Notes: generated by a model not told the origin, from the letters alone. 64,000 nucleotides of DNA from a virus (IMGVR_UViG_3300021387_000189:30698-94697); one strand, 5' to 3'. Positions 46,713 through 58,000 are shown, counted from the stretch's first letter. Translations and numbers: made by a program.

Positions 46713-47144
46713 TTATCTTCTTCCTCCAATGTGTCCTCTGTGTCCTCCAGATTGACTCCTGTGATGTCTGTTTTGTCCAAATCCGGGTTTATTTTGGGAA
46801 TTGGTTGAAGGCCTCATGTGATAATTAGGTCTCCTGTTTGGGATAATGCTATTATGATGTCTGTGATGATATGGTCTTGCATGGAAATGATGTTTGAATG
46901 GTCTTGCATAAGGTCTGAAAAAACGATGTCCATTATGATAGTATGGATACCAATACCTGCCTCCATAAGTCCAATACACAATAGTGTTGTCTATGTAATG
47001 TGGCACTCCATCACTCACTATCACTTCTACTGAAGGATATGTTCCAATTGTTGCTTGTGCTTCTACTGGTGTCACACATGATGAGAGAGACAAAATCATG
47101 AAAAGAGCAATTACGCCTGATAGGAATAGTTTCTTGATATTCAT
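46713..47144 (-). CDS. Lipoprotein with a His/Arg/Gly-rich tail
   Basis: Signal peptide with LSSC lipobox; ATAAATA at 47175-47181. Confidence 0.7.
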   Translation of the reverse strand: MNIKKLFLSGVIALFMILSLSSCVTPVEAQATIGTYPSVEVIVSDGVPHYIDNTIVYWTYGGRYWYPYYHNGHRFFRPYARPFKHHFHARPYHHRHHNSIIPNRRPNYHMRPSTNSQNKPGFGQNRHHRSQSGGHRGHIGGRR

Positions 47145-47214
47145 AGCTAAAGTAGTTCTTTGATGTTTCTACAATATTTATGAATATGTTTTGTCAAAAT
47201 CTCAGGTAATTCTA

Positions 47215-47275
47215 CTATTCTTTAGTAGTAGATCTTCTATTCTTTAGTAGTAGATCTTCTATTCTTTAGTAGTAG
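47215..47275. repeat. 22-bp tandem repeat, 2.8 copies
   Basis: CTATTCTTTAGTAGTAGATCTT at 47215, 47237 and 47259 (partial). Confidence 0.9.
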
Positions 47276-47343
47276 TTTTCCTAAAGTGACAAATAGACTA
47301 CAGGCTCAATAAATATGCCAACTAACTGTCACTACTTAGCTCA

Positions 47344-50300
47344 ATGAACATAAACAGGCTAGAGATATTCACTTCTAAAGGATACAAAGTCCCAACACAG
47401 TGTACAAAGGCTGTGAGATTCACAATCATAGGAAACATGTACAGATCTCACAGGAACTATGGTTGGCGTGAAGATGCTGCAGGATACTTTGTCACTGATG
47501 AGAACTCAAAGATAGTGTCATCTGTCATTGAGTCTCCAGGAAGTACTTACAGCTTTGATCCACAAACCTGGAACACTAGCATTGACTACTATGATGCTAC
47601 TCTCAAGCTAATAGATGAAGTGCTAGTGACCGTGACAGTGAACGAGAAAGAGTACTCAAAGTCTTTCACAAACAATGACAATGAGGAGAACATTGCTAAG
47701 TACTTTGACATAGCAACTGGCATGAAGAAAGAGTTTGTGAGAGCACAGTCAAGCAACGAGAAAGACAATGCAGTGTACACTTTCTTCATAGAGAGTATAT
47801 TTCCTAAGTCTCCAGAGACATTCTTGGCTGATACATTTGGAGAAGATTTAGAAGCCGATGGAGCGTCAGTAGACAGTCTCTATCCTTCTAACCAATTCTT
47901 AGGATCTATAGACTTAGAGAGAATGTCTGTAGGTCTTGCAGGAGTAGAGACTCTATTCATTCTAGAGAAGCAAGATGATGGCACATACAAGAGACCAAAG
48001 AGCACTGACCAGATACTAAGGCTTGAAGTAGCCAGCAACAGCAATGTGAAGTTTGTGAAGTTTGCTGATGAGTTTGTAAATGAAGACCTCACAGGCAAAG
48101 AGTACGACATAGAGACTATTGACTATTCAAAAGTCTACTGGAGCAACTACAAAGCATTTGACTTAGTTGGAGAGTCACAAGACACAAGCAAAGACAATGA
48201 GCCTCTTGTAGTCACTATTGGATTCTTGTGTGAAGAAGAAGGATGCTATCAAGACCTTGTGTCATTCTACAGTGTGGACAATGTGTCTAACCCAGACAAG
48301 AGCTTGGTGAAGAATACTATAGGATTCCTTGCTGTGCAGTCAGAAGCAATAGGAGAAGATGAGCGATATAGGACTCTGTTTGCTAACTTTGGCATACCTG
48401 ATCCTAAAGAGTACCAAGAAGTGTTCAAAGACATGTCTGTTCATGAAGAAGGGCTAGACTGGGACTTCATCAACAAGAAGTCTAAGCAGCTGTTCTTGTC
48501 GTACTCACAGATATTCCCATATGTAGGCACATACAAAGCACTTATCAATGCGGTCAAGTTCTTAGGATATGATGACATCTACTTCAAAGAGTGGTTCATG
48601 CACTTTGATGGCAACTTTGAGTCTAAAGTATCATTTGAGTCTCTTGATGTGTCAACAGGCATGACTCTGCAGTCAAAGCTCAAGAGGGCTGGCGTGACAC
48701 TTGAAGACTTCATAGAGTGGAAGAAGCTCAACCAGCTATCTTTAGTGTACAAGATTAACGAAGAAGATGATGAGAGTGATGATGTAGAGTACTGGAGGAA
48801 GAACTCCAGTGGAGATTGGGAAAGAGGGACTATGAGGTATGAGATTCCTTCTACCAAAGCTGTCTACTCATATCTCAACTTAGAAGTGCTTGCAAAGTTG
48901 TTCTCACTGAAAGAGTGGCTTGAGAAGTATATACTCAATGTGAATTGCCAGATTATTGATGTCACTGGTGAGGGCGTGTACTTCTACAGGACAAGAGAGC
49001 TCGGATACTCTGTTGGATATGAGACTTTCACTGAAGAGAAAGAAGAGCACTTGTCTCCAGTGTTTGACTTATCAGCTTCATCTCTAGCTTTGTCTGATGG
49101 AGAAGCTACAATTGACTGTACTCTCAAAGAGATACAAGATGGGATGACTTTTGCTGACTTGAGTGACAAGAAGATCAAGACTTACATCAACAAGATATTT
49201 GAAGCTTTTGATGACTCATCTCTGAATGAGATGAAGAAAGAAGACTGGTATGATGTTTCTGTCGTAGGTTTCCCGCCAGAAGAGTATTGCTTGATTGGAA
49301 AGCCAACAAGCATATCAATTCCATTTGAAGAGCTGCAATATGAGCTCACTGTCGACACATCATGTGGCACAATGAAGAATGGCGTAGGCAGATGGGAAAC
49401 TAATGAAGATGGAGAAGAAGTGTTTGAAGAGATTCCATTGCTTGTGCTTGACAATGAGATGTATGTGTACAAGAACAGGGTGAATGGCATTGAGTTCACA
49501 GAGCCTCCAATCATCAGAGTCAAGAATGGATCACTAAGGAAACCATTTGGACCTTGGAAGAGCAACACTAAGTACACAATACAGACTTACTTCGACACCA
49601 GAGCTCGACATACTAAGTACTCTTTCCAAAGTGAAGAGACTGGATTCCACAAAGAGTACAATGACTATGTCACCTTCTATCCAAGGTATGTAAAAGATGG
49701 AGATACTAAGAAATGGGTCTCTAAGCTCAAGTATACAAGTGACAACAAGTACAATGTACCGATGCTCATCATGGAGAACTATGACACATATGATCAGTTC
49801 TTCATGGAAGAGAAGAAGTCTGAGCTCGTCAAGAGATACTTAGACGCATCAGTGTCTATCTCAAATGACTATAGCAATGCTTCTTATGCTACTGATGAAG
49901 AGCTTGAGAATGTCACTACAAAGAGAGATCTGCTTCACCAAAAAGCAATTGATGTCTGGCAAGATGACTTGAATCAGTTCAAAGCACAATATGAAGGCAA
50001 AGAGTATGTTGAAGGATTCAACAAGTACATCTTGATGATGAATGAAGGATTCATAGAAGGCAAGGAGATAACACAAGACAAAGATGTAGAGCACACTGTG
50101 AAGGTAGTGTTTGAGCCTGAGTACTCTGCTAGTGGTGGAGAGCAGAAGATATTCACAGAGTATGTCTACAGAAGCAAGATGTGTCCATCTATCGAGTTTG
50201 ACAGCAGCTTGTATGAGTCTAGATTCCAGGAGATAAAAGACAGCTACAGGAGGAAGCTCGAAGACTTGGACCTCCTCATTGACGATGCTTCTAACTTCAG

Positions 50301-52275
50301 AGGGGCTATAGTTGAAGACTCTGAGTACCAATATGCTATAAGAGCAGCTAATGAGCAAGCATCATACTACAATGCTAAGTCTCAAGACCGAGAAAGAGAG
50401 AAACAAGCCTACATTACAGCATACAACACAATCTCAGGCAAAGGCAAAGCTCTTGAAGAGTACTTGAACTGGATGATTTCCCAGAATAGCTCTAGTGAGA
50501 CTAGGTATTCTTCTTTAGCAAATATCACATATGATGACTTAGAGAACAAGCTTGTGTCAATCAAACACAGGTTCTTAGAGGAATATGCTTCACAGAAAGA
50601 CAAAGCTTATACTGACATGTTGAGAGAGCTTGAGCTCTTGAAAGATGAATGTTTCTCATTCTACAAAGACAAGGCTTTCACTGTGAACCATCTTGGCGAC
50701 TACACTCTCACTGTGAAAGGCGTAGATGGCTACAATGCGCCATTTGCTAGCAAGAGCAACAGCAAGGCTAGAGTCACTGGCATGTTCCCAACAATATACA
50801 TGCTTGACAGCAATACAAAGTCTTCAGATGGGACTATTCCTGCAGATTCACTCAAGATAGGAGAAGATCCAACTCTATGGCCGTCATATAGGAGGCCAAT
50901 ATCAAAGACCGGCATCACTGACTCATCAATAGAGTACTTGAACTGGTCTTACTTGCTTGACACTCCTAAAGATGGAGACTTCTTGAAGATAGCAAACCTG
51001 ACCGAGAGAGTCAACAAGATCATCAACACAAACTCTTCAGCAACTTCCCAAGAAGAGAGACTTGAGCCAGAGCAAATAAAGATTGTCCTCAATGATGAGA
51101 ATCCACAGCATCAGAACCTATTCTACACTGGAGCTCTTGTAAAGCTTTTGTATATAGACAGGAACACTAATGAGCTTGTAGACTCTGATGAGCAAATATC
51201 TGGCCCATTCATCGTGTCTAAGTATCAGTCAATTCCTGACAATGACATACAAGAAGATGACAACAACTACATCATCTTAGACTATAGCTCTAACTATGAA
51301 GAGTTCAGAGGAATCTCACAAGACACTATAAAAGATGTCAATAGCAAGGCTATTGACTGCTATGCGATACTTGTCTCTAGAATAGAGATAGGCATTGACA
51401 ACATAGAGAATGACTATGCTGCAAAGACTGCAAAGATCAAGATAAGAGACTCTAAGAATTTCAATAACTTAGCCTTCAAGCCAGAGCAATGTGTGAAGAT
51501 TGAGTTTGCACAGATGACATATATTGGAGACACTCCTTCTCCTACCAATCCGGACGAGAAGCAAGAGATTGTCTCAGAGAAGTACACTTCTGGGACTACA
51601 TATAGAGTCAAAGATGCTTGGTATGACACTAATGACTTCTGTGAAGTGTATGTCCTTGATGGCTTAGTCAACACTGACTTGCTCATCCCAGAGATATACT
51701 ACAACAACATCTACAATTTCTTGTCTGACACTCCTAAAGAGAACATAAAGAATATGCCTTACAAAGTAAGGTGCTCTATCTCTCCAGCTCACACCACATA
51801 TACCAGCTATGTCATCCAAGCTACTCAAGATGCTGATGAGAGAGAAGATACAGGATGGCTTACATACAAAGACAATTGGTTTGGCAAAGACTTCATAGAC
51901 AATACATTCTCATACACTATATCAAAGTTCAACATCTATGATGCTTATAGAGATTGGTTCAAAGAGACTTCTACAAAGACTTTCTTCTCTCATAGAAATC
52001 CAGTCACTAACAATGTTGGAAACAACATGGTGCTAATGTCTGCAGATGAAGCCGGCACTTACAAAGACAGTGGATACTTGAGTGTCTGGGATGTGTATGT
52101 GAATCAAGGCAAAGACAAAGAAGACGAGGTCTTAGCATATCAGGTCACTAATGACAATGTGCCAATCACCTTGAACTATGAAGGTGAGTACCACTTTGTA
52201 CTCACCTCGATAGACATGTGGGGCAACAGGCTTGTCAACAAGTCTGGAGGATATCTGAAGACTCTACAAGCCTAG
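47344..52275 (+). CDS. Large late structural protein (baseplate wedge-like)
   Basis: 1643 aa, acidic, YVGTYKALINAVKFLGY motif; ATAAATA at 47309-47315. Confidence 0.55.
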   Translation: MNINRLEIFTSKGYKVPTQCTKAVRFTIIGNMYRSHRNYGWREDAAGYFVTDENSKIVSSVIESPGSTYSFDPQTWNTSIDYYDATLKLIDEVLVTVTVNEKEYSKSFTNNDNEENIAKYFDIATGMKKEFVRAQSSNEKDNAVYTFFIESIFPKSPETFLADTFGEDLEADGASVDSLYPSNQFLGSIDLERMSVGLAGVETLFILEKQDDGTYKRPKSTDQILRLEVASNSNVKFVKFADEFVNEDLTGKEYDIETIDYSKVYWSNYKAFDLVGESQDTSKDNEPLVVTIGFLCEEEGCYQDLVSFYSVDNVSNPDKSLVKNTIGFLAVQSEAIGEDERYRTLFANFGIPDPKEYQEVFKDMSVHEEGLDWDFINKKSKQLFLSYSQIFPYVGTYKALINAVKFLGYDDIYFKEWFMHFDGNFESKVSFESLDVSTGMTLQSKLKRAGVTLEDFIEWKKLNQLSLVYKINEEDDESDDVEYWRKNSSGDWERGTMRYEIPSTKAVYSYLNLEVLAKLFSLKEWLEKYILNVNCQIIDVTGEGVYFYRTRELGYSVGYETFTEEKEEHLSPVFDLSASSLALSDGEATIDCTLKEIQDGMTFADLSDKKIKTYINKIFEAFDDSSLNEMKKEDWYDVSVVGFPPEEYCLIGKPTSISIPFEELQYELTVDTSCGTMKNGVGRWETNEDGEEVFEEIPLLVLDNEMYVYKNRVNGIEFTEPPIIRVKNGSLRKPFGPWKSNTKYTIQTYFDTRARHTKYSFQSEETGFHKEYNDYVTFYPRYVKDGDTKKWVSKLKYTSDNKYNVPMLIMENYDTYDQFFMEEKKSELVKRYLDASVSISNDYSNASYATDEELENVTTKRDLLHQKAIDVWQDDLNQFKAQYEGKEYVEGFNKYILMMNEGFIEGKEITQDKDVEHTVKVVFEPEYSASGGEQKIFTEYVYRSKMCPSIEFDSSLYESRFQEIKDSYRRKLEDLDLLIDDASNFRGAIVEDSEYQYAIRAANEQASYYNAKSQDREREKQAYITAYNTISGKGKALEEYLNWMISQNSSSETRYSSLANITYDDLENKLVSIKHRFLEEYASQKDKAYTDMLRELELLKDECFSFYKDKAFTVNHLGDYTLTVKGVDGYNAPFASKSNSKARVTGMFPTIYMLDSNTKSSDGTIPADSLKIGEDPTLWPSYRRPISKTGITDSSIEYLNWSYLLDTPKDGDFLKIANLTERVNKIINTNSSATSQEERLEPEQIKIVLNDENPQHQNLFYTGALVKLLYIDRNTNELVDSDEQISGPFIVSKYQSIPDNDIQEDDNNYIILDYSSNYEEFRGISQDTIKDVNSKAIDCYAILVSRIEIGIDNIENDYAAKTAKIKIRDSKNFNNLAFKPEQCVKIEFAQMTYIGDTPSPTNPDEKQEIVSEKYTSGTTYRVKDAWYDTNDFCEVYVLDGLVNTDLLIPEIYYNNIYNFLSDTPKENIKNMPYKVRCSISPAHTTYTSYVIQATQDADEREDTGWLTYKDNWFGKDFIDNTFSYTISKFNIYDAYRDWFKETSTKTFFSHRNPVTNNVGNNMVLMSADEAGTYKDSGYLSVWDVYVNQGKDKEDEVLAYQVTNDNVPITLNYEGEYHFVLTSIDMWGNRLVNKSGGYLKTLQA

Positions 52276-52935
52276 CTTATTAAGGACAGGCTCGCAATAG
52301 CTCTTGATAGCTTTGGAATAAGAGCTCCAAGGCTGATGGACATCTGATATTAGCCAATCAAGAGTCTCTCTGGCATTCATCTGTGCCTGCCTCTTAGTGT
52401 GCCTGGAGCATTCCCAGTCTATCACTGCAGCTTCCCAGTCGACTTTGTCAAATCTAGGAGCCCCATCGTCTGAAAGATGGGATAATGCATACTCTGCATG
52501 ATGCCTGTTATGGGCTCTATGCCATCTCTGGACTTTCTTGTAGTCCTTGACCAAAGCTAGGAGTATTGGTTTCTCAATGTCATGGAACAAGTACTTCGGC
52601 TTCCAGCACTTTAAGAGGATTGCAGTCATCTGGAATGAGCACCAGTGAGCAAACCAGTACTTCCATGTAGATCTTGCATCTTTGTCAAATCCTGTAGCAA
52701 GCTCATAGTTTTCATAAAAGCTCTTCCTCAAGACAAAGATCCCATCAGTGTCTTTGCTTTCATCGAAAGCATAGACATAGTCAGAAAGTTTGTTTTTCCA
52801 TTCACGAAGCTGCTCGGTAGTCGCCTTTGATGCTTTCCTGAGAGCATTCATATCTTCTGGATTCAGCTCAAAGTCATAGACTTCATAGAGCCGATTCCGA
52901 TCTTCTAATGAGACTCTTTTCTTGTAGATGTTCAT
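52264..52935 (-). CDS. HD-like hydrolase (DUF5662-type His pattern)
   Basis: AHW...FHDIEK...HRAHNRHHAEY...VIDWECS. Confidence 0.6.
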   Translation of the reverse strand: MNIYKKRVSLEDRNRLYEVYDFELNPEDMNALRKASKATTEQLREWKNKLSDYVYAFDESKDTDGIFVLRKSFYENYELATGFDKDARSTWKYWFAHWCSFQMTAILLKCWKPKYLFHDIEKPILLALVKDYKKVQRWHRAHNRHHAEYALSHLSDDGAPRFDKVDWEAAVIDWECSRHTKRQAQMNARETLDWLISDVHQPWSSYSKAIKSYCEPVLNKLGL

Positions 52936-53051
52936 TTGATGTTGGCTTTTACTGACTCTACAACAAGTTCATTGCCTCTCATGTAGTAGCGAGTGACTTC
53001 TTTTTCGGTTCGCTTCTGTGTCTCTTGTCTTACATTAATATCCATACTCAT
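52932..53051 (-). CDS. 39-aa early peptide, not in the ORF track
   Basis: MSMDINVRQETQKRTEKEVTRYYMRGNELVVESVKANIK; ATGA overlap with the next gene; TATATTTG at 53076-53083 and a GTTAA pair at 53123-53137. Confidence 0.55.
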   Translation of the reverse strand: MSMDINVRQETQKRTEKEVTRYYMRGNELVVESVKANIK

Positions 53052-53132
53052 TTGTTCTTTATTTGTTTGTCACTGCAAATATAACAAATTTATTACACAA
53101 TTAGACAAATTCAGAGAAACATTTAACAAAAA

Positions 53133-53816
53133 TTAACAGATGCCAAGTTCTTTAGTAGCAAAGTGCTCTTTCATCTTCTTCTGGAACTTCAGTGAGAACT
53201 CACTTGGGTCATGCCTCTTCATGTAGACATGCCAGTTGACATAGTTCTCATATTCTACAAGATCAGATTCTTTGAGGTCTTCATTCTTAGAGAGCTCATC
53301 CCATGTGCTGTACTTCTTCTTGTGCTTCTTGCACCAATCTTCGAGCTTCTGTACATATATTGGAACTTCTCTTCGACCATAAGCCTTCATCCAATTGACT
53401 ATCTCTTTCATTGGCAAGTATGGAGCATAGAGCCCACTAGAGTCATTGACAAGCTTCTTGCCTCTGAACCACTTAGTTCCATCATCATGAACATCAATGA
53501 CATTTCCTACTTTATCAGTGACAGTACTCTTCTTCTTAGACTTCCTAGGAGTTGGTTGTGTGACGCTAGATGGCGGATCTTCAGCAAGGTCAATATCTTC
53601 TAATGCTTTAGATCTTTGAGCCTCTAGCTTAGTTTTCTTGACTGCTGACTTGACAATAGGATAGTCATATAGTTTCTTCAGATCCCAGTTGAATCTCTGC
53701 AAGTAGTTCTCTACTCTCTTGAGAGGGAATCCAGTGTCTCTCAACACTTGGTTCCTTATCTTGAGCTTGTCTTCATCTGAAAACTTGTTCTTGTTAGTAG
53801 ATGGTTTCTTTGTCAT
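53133..53816 (-). CDS. Hypothetical basic protein
   Basis: 227-aa ORF with ATGA overlap. Confidence 0.7.
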   Translation of the reverse strand: MTKKPSTNKNKFSDEDKLKIRNQVLRDTGFPLKRVENYLQRFNWDLKKLYDYPIVKSAVKKTKLEAQRSKALEDIDLAEDPPSSVTQPTPRKSKKKSTVTDKVGNVIDVHDDGTKWFRGKKLVNDSSGLYAPYLPMKEIVNWMKAYGRREVPIYVQKLEDWCKKHKKKYSTWDELSKNEDLKESDLVEYENYVNWHVYMKRHDPSEFSLKFQKKMKEHFATKELGIC

Positions 53817-54949
53817 TGCTTCTTCCCAATATCTAAGTCCTCAGGATTTCCAAATATTCTTGTTTGCTTCAACTTCATGTATTGGTTAGCTGCAATGTAT
53901 GGGTTTGGTGCTGGATCTGTTGTTCCGGGCAACATTTTTGTTAGTTCATCATATGGGACAAGCTGATGTCCTTTGTTGAAAGCAAACTTTGAAGAGCCAA
54001 CTAAGTAGTATTGATTATATCTGCTATAGTCAAAGAAGTCACAATACCAACAAGAAGCAGAGTCTACTCTTGCAAGAACTCTATCAAATGGCTTGAGATC
54101 GTCAAAAGAGTACATCTCCTCAATCTTTCTTGTCAGTTTGTTCCAGAAAAGGCCATTGTCTCCTAAAGTCAATATTATCTGCTCTAGTTCCTTTTCTATT
54201 ATAGCAGGACGTATTTGATTGATGCACTTGATATTCATAGAAGCATCCCTTATACACACTTTATTATCAAGCTTCACATCTTCTATGTTTCCTCCACGCT
54301 TCTCTAAAGTGCAAGAAGTGTAGATAGTGTCAGCATCTACTCTATCAATAAGAACATAGTATGTTTTTGTATCATTCCTAACTAAAGCCCATTCTCCAAT
54401 CCTTATATAATTCTTGACTATGTCTTCTACACTCAAGACATTGTACTGCTCAAAAGCATCAGTCAATACATTATTACATACATGTAATCGTAAAGGATTT
54501 AATAGTAAAGGCTTCAGACTAAGTACTTTTTTCGCATAGTCTATAGTCTCTACTAAATACAAAAAGCCACCAACTTTAGACTGGACTATTGATCCTGTAA
54601 AGAATCTTGTTGGCTGAACTATTGTTCCTGACAAGCATCCTGTTTTCTCTGGAGCAAGTTTTGAATTCTTTGTGGTCTCTTCTGTTAGAGAGTGCTTGCT
54701 CTCCCACTCATCCCAGCTTCCTCCAGCTGGCCAAATCACTTTGTTTCCATTGACATCTCCTTCAGAATGGGTAATAAGCTCAAGATCATCTGGAGTCTTG
54801 AAGTGTATCAGATCTTTTGTATAGTCTGTCTCATCAATTTCTGTGTAAAGGAATGTCACAGTATCATTTAGAAGAGTACACACAAACACCTCTCCAGGTA
54901 CAGCCTTTTCTTTTAAGAGCCTTGCTATGTTTCTATATTGTAGTCTCAT
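53813..54949 (-). CDS. Hypothetical phage protein
   Basis: 378 aa; C-terminal LKPFDRVLAR...WYCDFF domain. Confidence 0.7.
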   Translation of the reverse strand: MRLQYRNIARLLKEKAVPGEVFVCTLLNDTVTFLYTEIDETDYTKDLIHFKTPDDLELITHSEGDVNGNKVIWPAGGSWDEWESKHSLTEETTKNSKLAPEKTGCLSGTIVQPTRFFTGSIVQSKVGGFLYLVETIDYAKKVLSLKPLLLNPLRLHVCNNVLTDAFEQYNVLSVEDIVKNYIRIGEWALVRNDTKTYYVLIDRVDADTIYTSCTLEKRGGNIEDVKLDNKVCIRDASMNIKCINQIRPAIIEKELEQIILTLGDNGLFWNKLTRKIEEMYSFDDLKPFDRVLARVDSASCWYCDFFDYSRYNQYYLVGSSKFAFNKGHQLVPYDELTKMLPGTTDPAPNPYIAANQYMKLKQTRIFGNPEDLDIGKKQ

Positions 54950-54983
54950 ATCATTTATATTATGATTTTCATATAAAGTACAA

Positions 54984-55020
54984 AAGGCTCTCAGAATAGT
55001 TCACACTATCTGAGAGCCTT
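54984..55020 (-). terminator. Terminator hairpin after the giant gene
   Basis: AAGGCTCTCAGA...TCTGAGAGCCTT. Confidence 0.65.
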
Positions 55021-55060
55021 AACAAAAATTAACAGTATATAGTGTCAGTATTACTGCAAT

Positions 55061-58000
55061 TTAAATAGTGGCATTGCCTACCTTGCTGTCCCAACCATTA
55101 GCGAAGTAAGACACATAGTTCCTCTTAGAACCTACAAGAGTTGTCTCATCATTTGGATCTACTTTCTGGAGCTGCCATGGACCACCACTGCCAAGATTGT
55201 TGTAGTCTTCACTGTTCATCTTCCCATCATTCAAGAAGTATGCTGCATGGAACAGTCTCCTTGACCATATTGTAGTGCCAAAGTTAGAGTCTTGAGACAA
55301 TGGAGAGAAGTACTTGTACCAATACAGTGCTGGGTAGTTTGTGAGTGCTTGGTCAAAGAAGAACAAGTTAGAAGCTTGTCTCAATGAGTCTCTAGAGTTG
55401 TCAAACAAATTCTCTGGGACATACCTCAGACCTCTAGAGCCAGGAGCCTCACGCTCACCATCATTGTATCCTTGTGGAGACTGAGTTATCAGCTGGACAG
55501 GAGAGATGTCTGCACCTGTAGCATACTGAGGTGCAGTGTAGTTAAGCACACTAGTGAACATTGAGTTAGCTACAATGAACTGCTGGCTGTCAAACATTCC
55601 TTCTTGTACCTGATGTCCTACTTGAGTGTCATCATTGTCATATCCATACCAAGTTGTGCCTGCAAACATATAGTCTCCATAGTACAGTTTCTTGTTGTTC
55701 TTGAATGTGTCTGGAGCAATTCTCACATTCCTTGGCACAATGTTGTTTGCCCACAGCAAGTATGAGTCAGTCATGTTCTCAAGAGGCTTGAATGTGTCAA
55801 TGTCAAACAAGTCACCCATCACTGTCACTTCTCCAACTTTGCCTGACCAAGAGTATGGGAAGAGTTGTGGATTCTTGTAGAACATGCCTTCTATTGAAGT
55901 GAATGTGCTTGCATCCTGGAACATCATTGGACTCACTTTACCTGGGATACCGGTGTAAAGGTTGCCTTCTGGATAGTATGGGATTGAAGTGCTCACATCA
56001 TACAAGTCTTTCCAGAACTGACTTCCAGGATTTGCTCTTGTTCCTTCAAAGAACTTCATTGAGTACTTAGAGTCACTTATCCTTGCTGGCTGGAATGTCA
56101 TCTCAGAGAAAGCATACTTCACATTAGCAGTCTTAGAGACATAGCTCAAGATGTCTGAAGGCACAAAGTATCTTTTCTCTGCTTTGATATGGTTCAAGAA
56201 CTCAAGCTCAAATGTGCTGACTGTACCATAGTAGTCTCCATTCTGATAAGTGATGCCAAGACCTGCAACTTCAGAAGAGTCTATGCCAGTGCTTATGTAT
56301 GGATCTTCAACAACAACTCTTGGATTGGTCCAAGATGCTGGTATTTGTCTCTTCACGATGCCTTCTTTAGCACTGTTGCTAATAGAAGATGGATATGCTC
56401 TGCCTCCAACAATGCCATTGAGAATGTAAGCACTTGAGTCTTTGACTATGCTATTGACTAATCCACTAGCATTGACTCCATCATACACTAAGTCATTGAA
56501 CGTAGTCTTGTTCAAGTTCTCATTGATGACTACTACTCTTGGATCATAGTCATAGTTAGGCAAGTAGCACTCAACACCTTTCAGTTGTGGATAGTCATAT
56601 ATAGATGTGTTTGCTGACTTAGCAGCAGCAAATGCGGCTGCAATCCAACTAGCTATATTAGTGTCTGTACTTCCTGACAACTTGCCAGACAAAGCACTCT
56701 TCACGGTCTCAAGCTCAGGCTGAGTAGGATCTGGGTATCCAGATATAGCATTCCTGTAGACAAGCCTCCAGACTTTAGCTTCATCAGTGACATCAGCCCA
56801 CAGCACTCTCTTCCTCAGGTTCCTGTCAAGCTTAGAGTTTGGTATGAATGTCCATGGGTTGTAGTTAGGATTCTCCCTGAACAAGCTCTTGTTGATGTAT
56901 TTTCCATTAGCAGTCAAGTACTCAGTCATGTCATAGGCATTCAGCTTGTATTGCTGGCTCAAGTCAAATGTCTCTTGGCTATATGCTAGAGTAGAAGCAA
57001 GAAGTCCTGTTGGGTTGTCTGTATATCTCAGCTTCAAGAATCCAGCGGCATCATTTCCAGAGAACATATGTTGGACATTCTTGATGTTCTTTGCTCTAGT
57101 GTTTACATCAACTTCTACAGATGAAGTACTTATCGTCTCTTCTACAGCATTGAGCTTCTGATACCACTCATAAGTGTTCTCTCTCCTGTATCTCTTGAGC
57201 TTCTTGTGGAATGGGTTGCTGTCATCATATCTCACAAATGCTGGATAGAGCCTGCCATCATCACCTTCAACTGTGTCAAACATGTTGTATCTCAGGGCAC
57301 TCTCAGAAGCATAGCTTATCACATACACATTCTCTGTAGCATAGTCATCAGGGACATAGTAGTAGCCTCCATAAGGAGCTCTAGCTTCTGCTAGCAGGCC
57401 TTTGTAAGTGCTTCCTAAGTTGAGTGTTCCTTGATCATCAATCATAGCCTTCACTGTTGCAGTGCTTGATACGCCTGCAAATGATGTGCCATCTATGTTC
57501 ATTCCAACCAAGCCATACTTGGCTGCTGTCTCATTGTCAGTTCCTACACAAGTCTTCTTTACAGTAGTGTCACCAGTGTACAAGAGCCTCAATGGCACAC
57601 TTCCACGGAAGTAGTGGTTGTTCCTGAAAGCATTAGACAGGTCTTCTAGAGCAGTCAGTCCTGCAAATCCATCTTGTACAAGGACAAATCCTCCAGGGAT
57701 AGTCTGTCCTGAATAAGACTCGTATGGAGGTATCATGTTCCTGAAGATGCTTGACAAGTTCACAAGCTTGATGCAATCTTTGAACATCTTAGTCCTAGCT
57801 GAATGCTCTACAACACCATTCATGCCTACTTTCTCTACATAAGGCTTGCTCTCATAGTAGTTTGGTATTGTGACATTGAGAGGATCGGTCCCATTTCTCT
57901 CTATAGGACTCCACTCATCTGTGAACTTTGTGTATGTGAGCTCTGAGAACTCTGAAGTCATGTTCACAAAGTGGCTCAAGTCAAGGCCGGCAAAGAATGC

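Noticed and set aside
47215-47275. CRISPR array
   Set aside because: Repeats are contiguous with no spacers, and no cas genes are seen.
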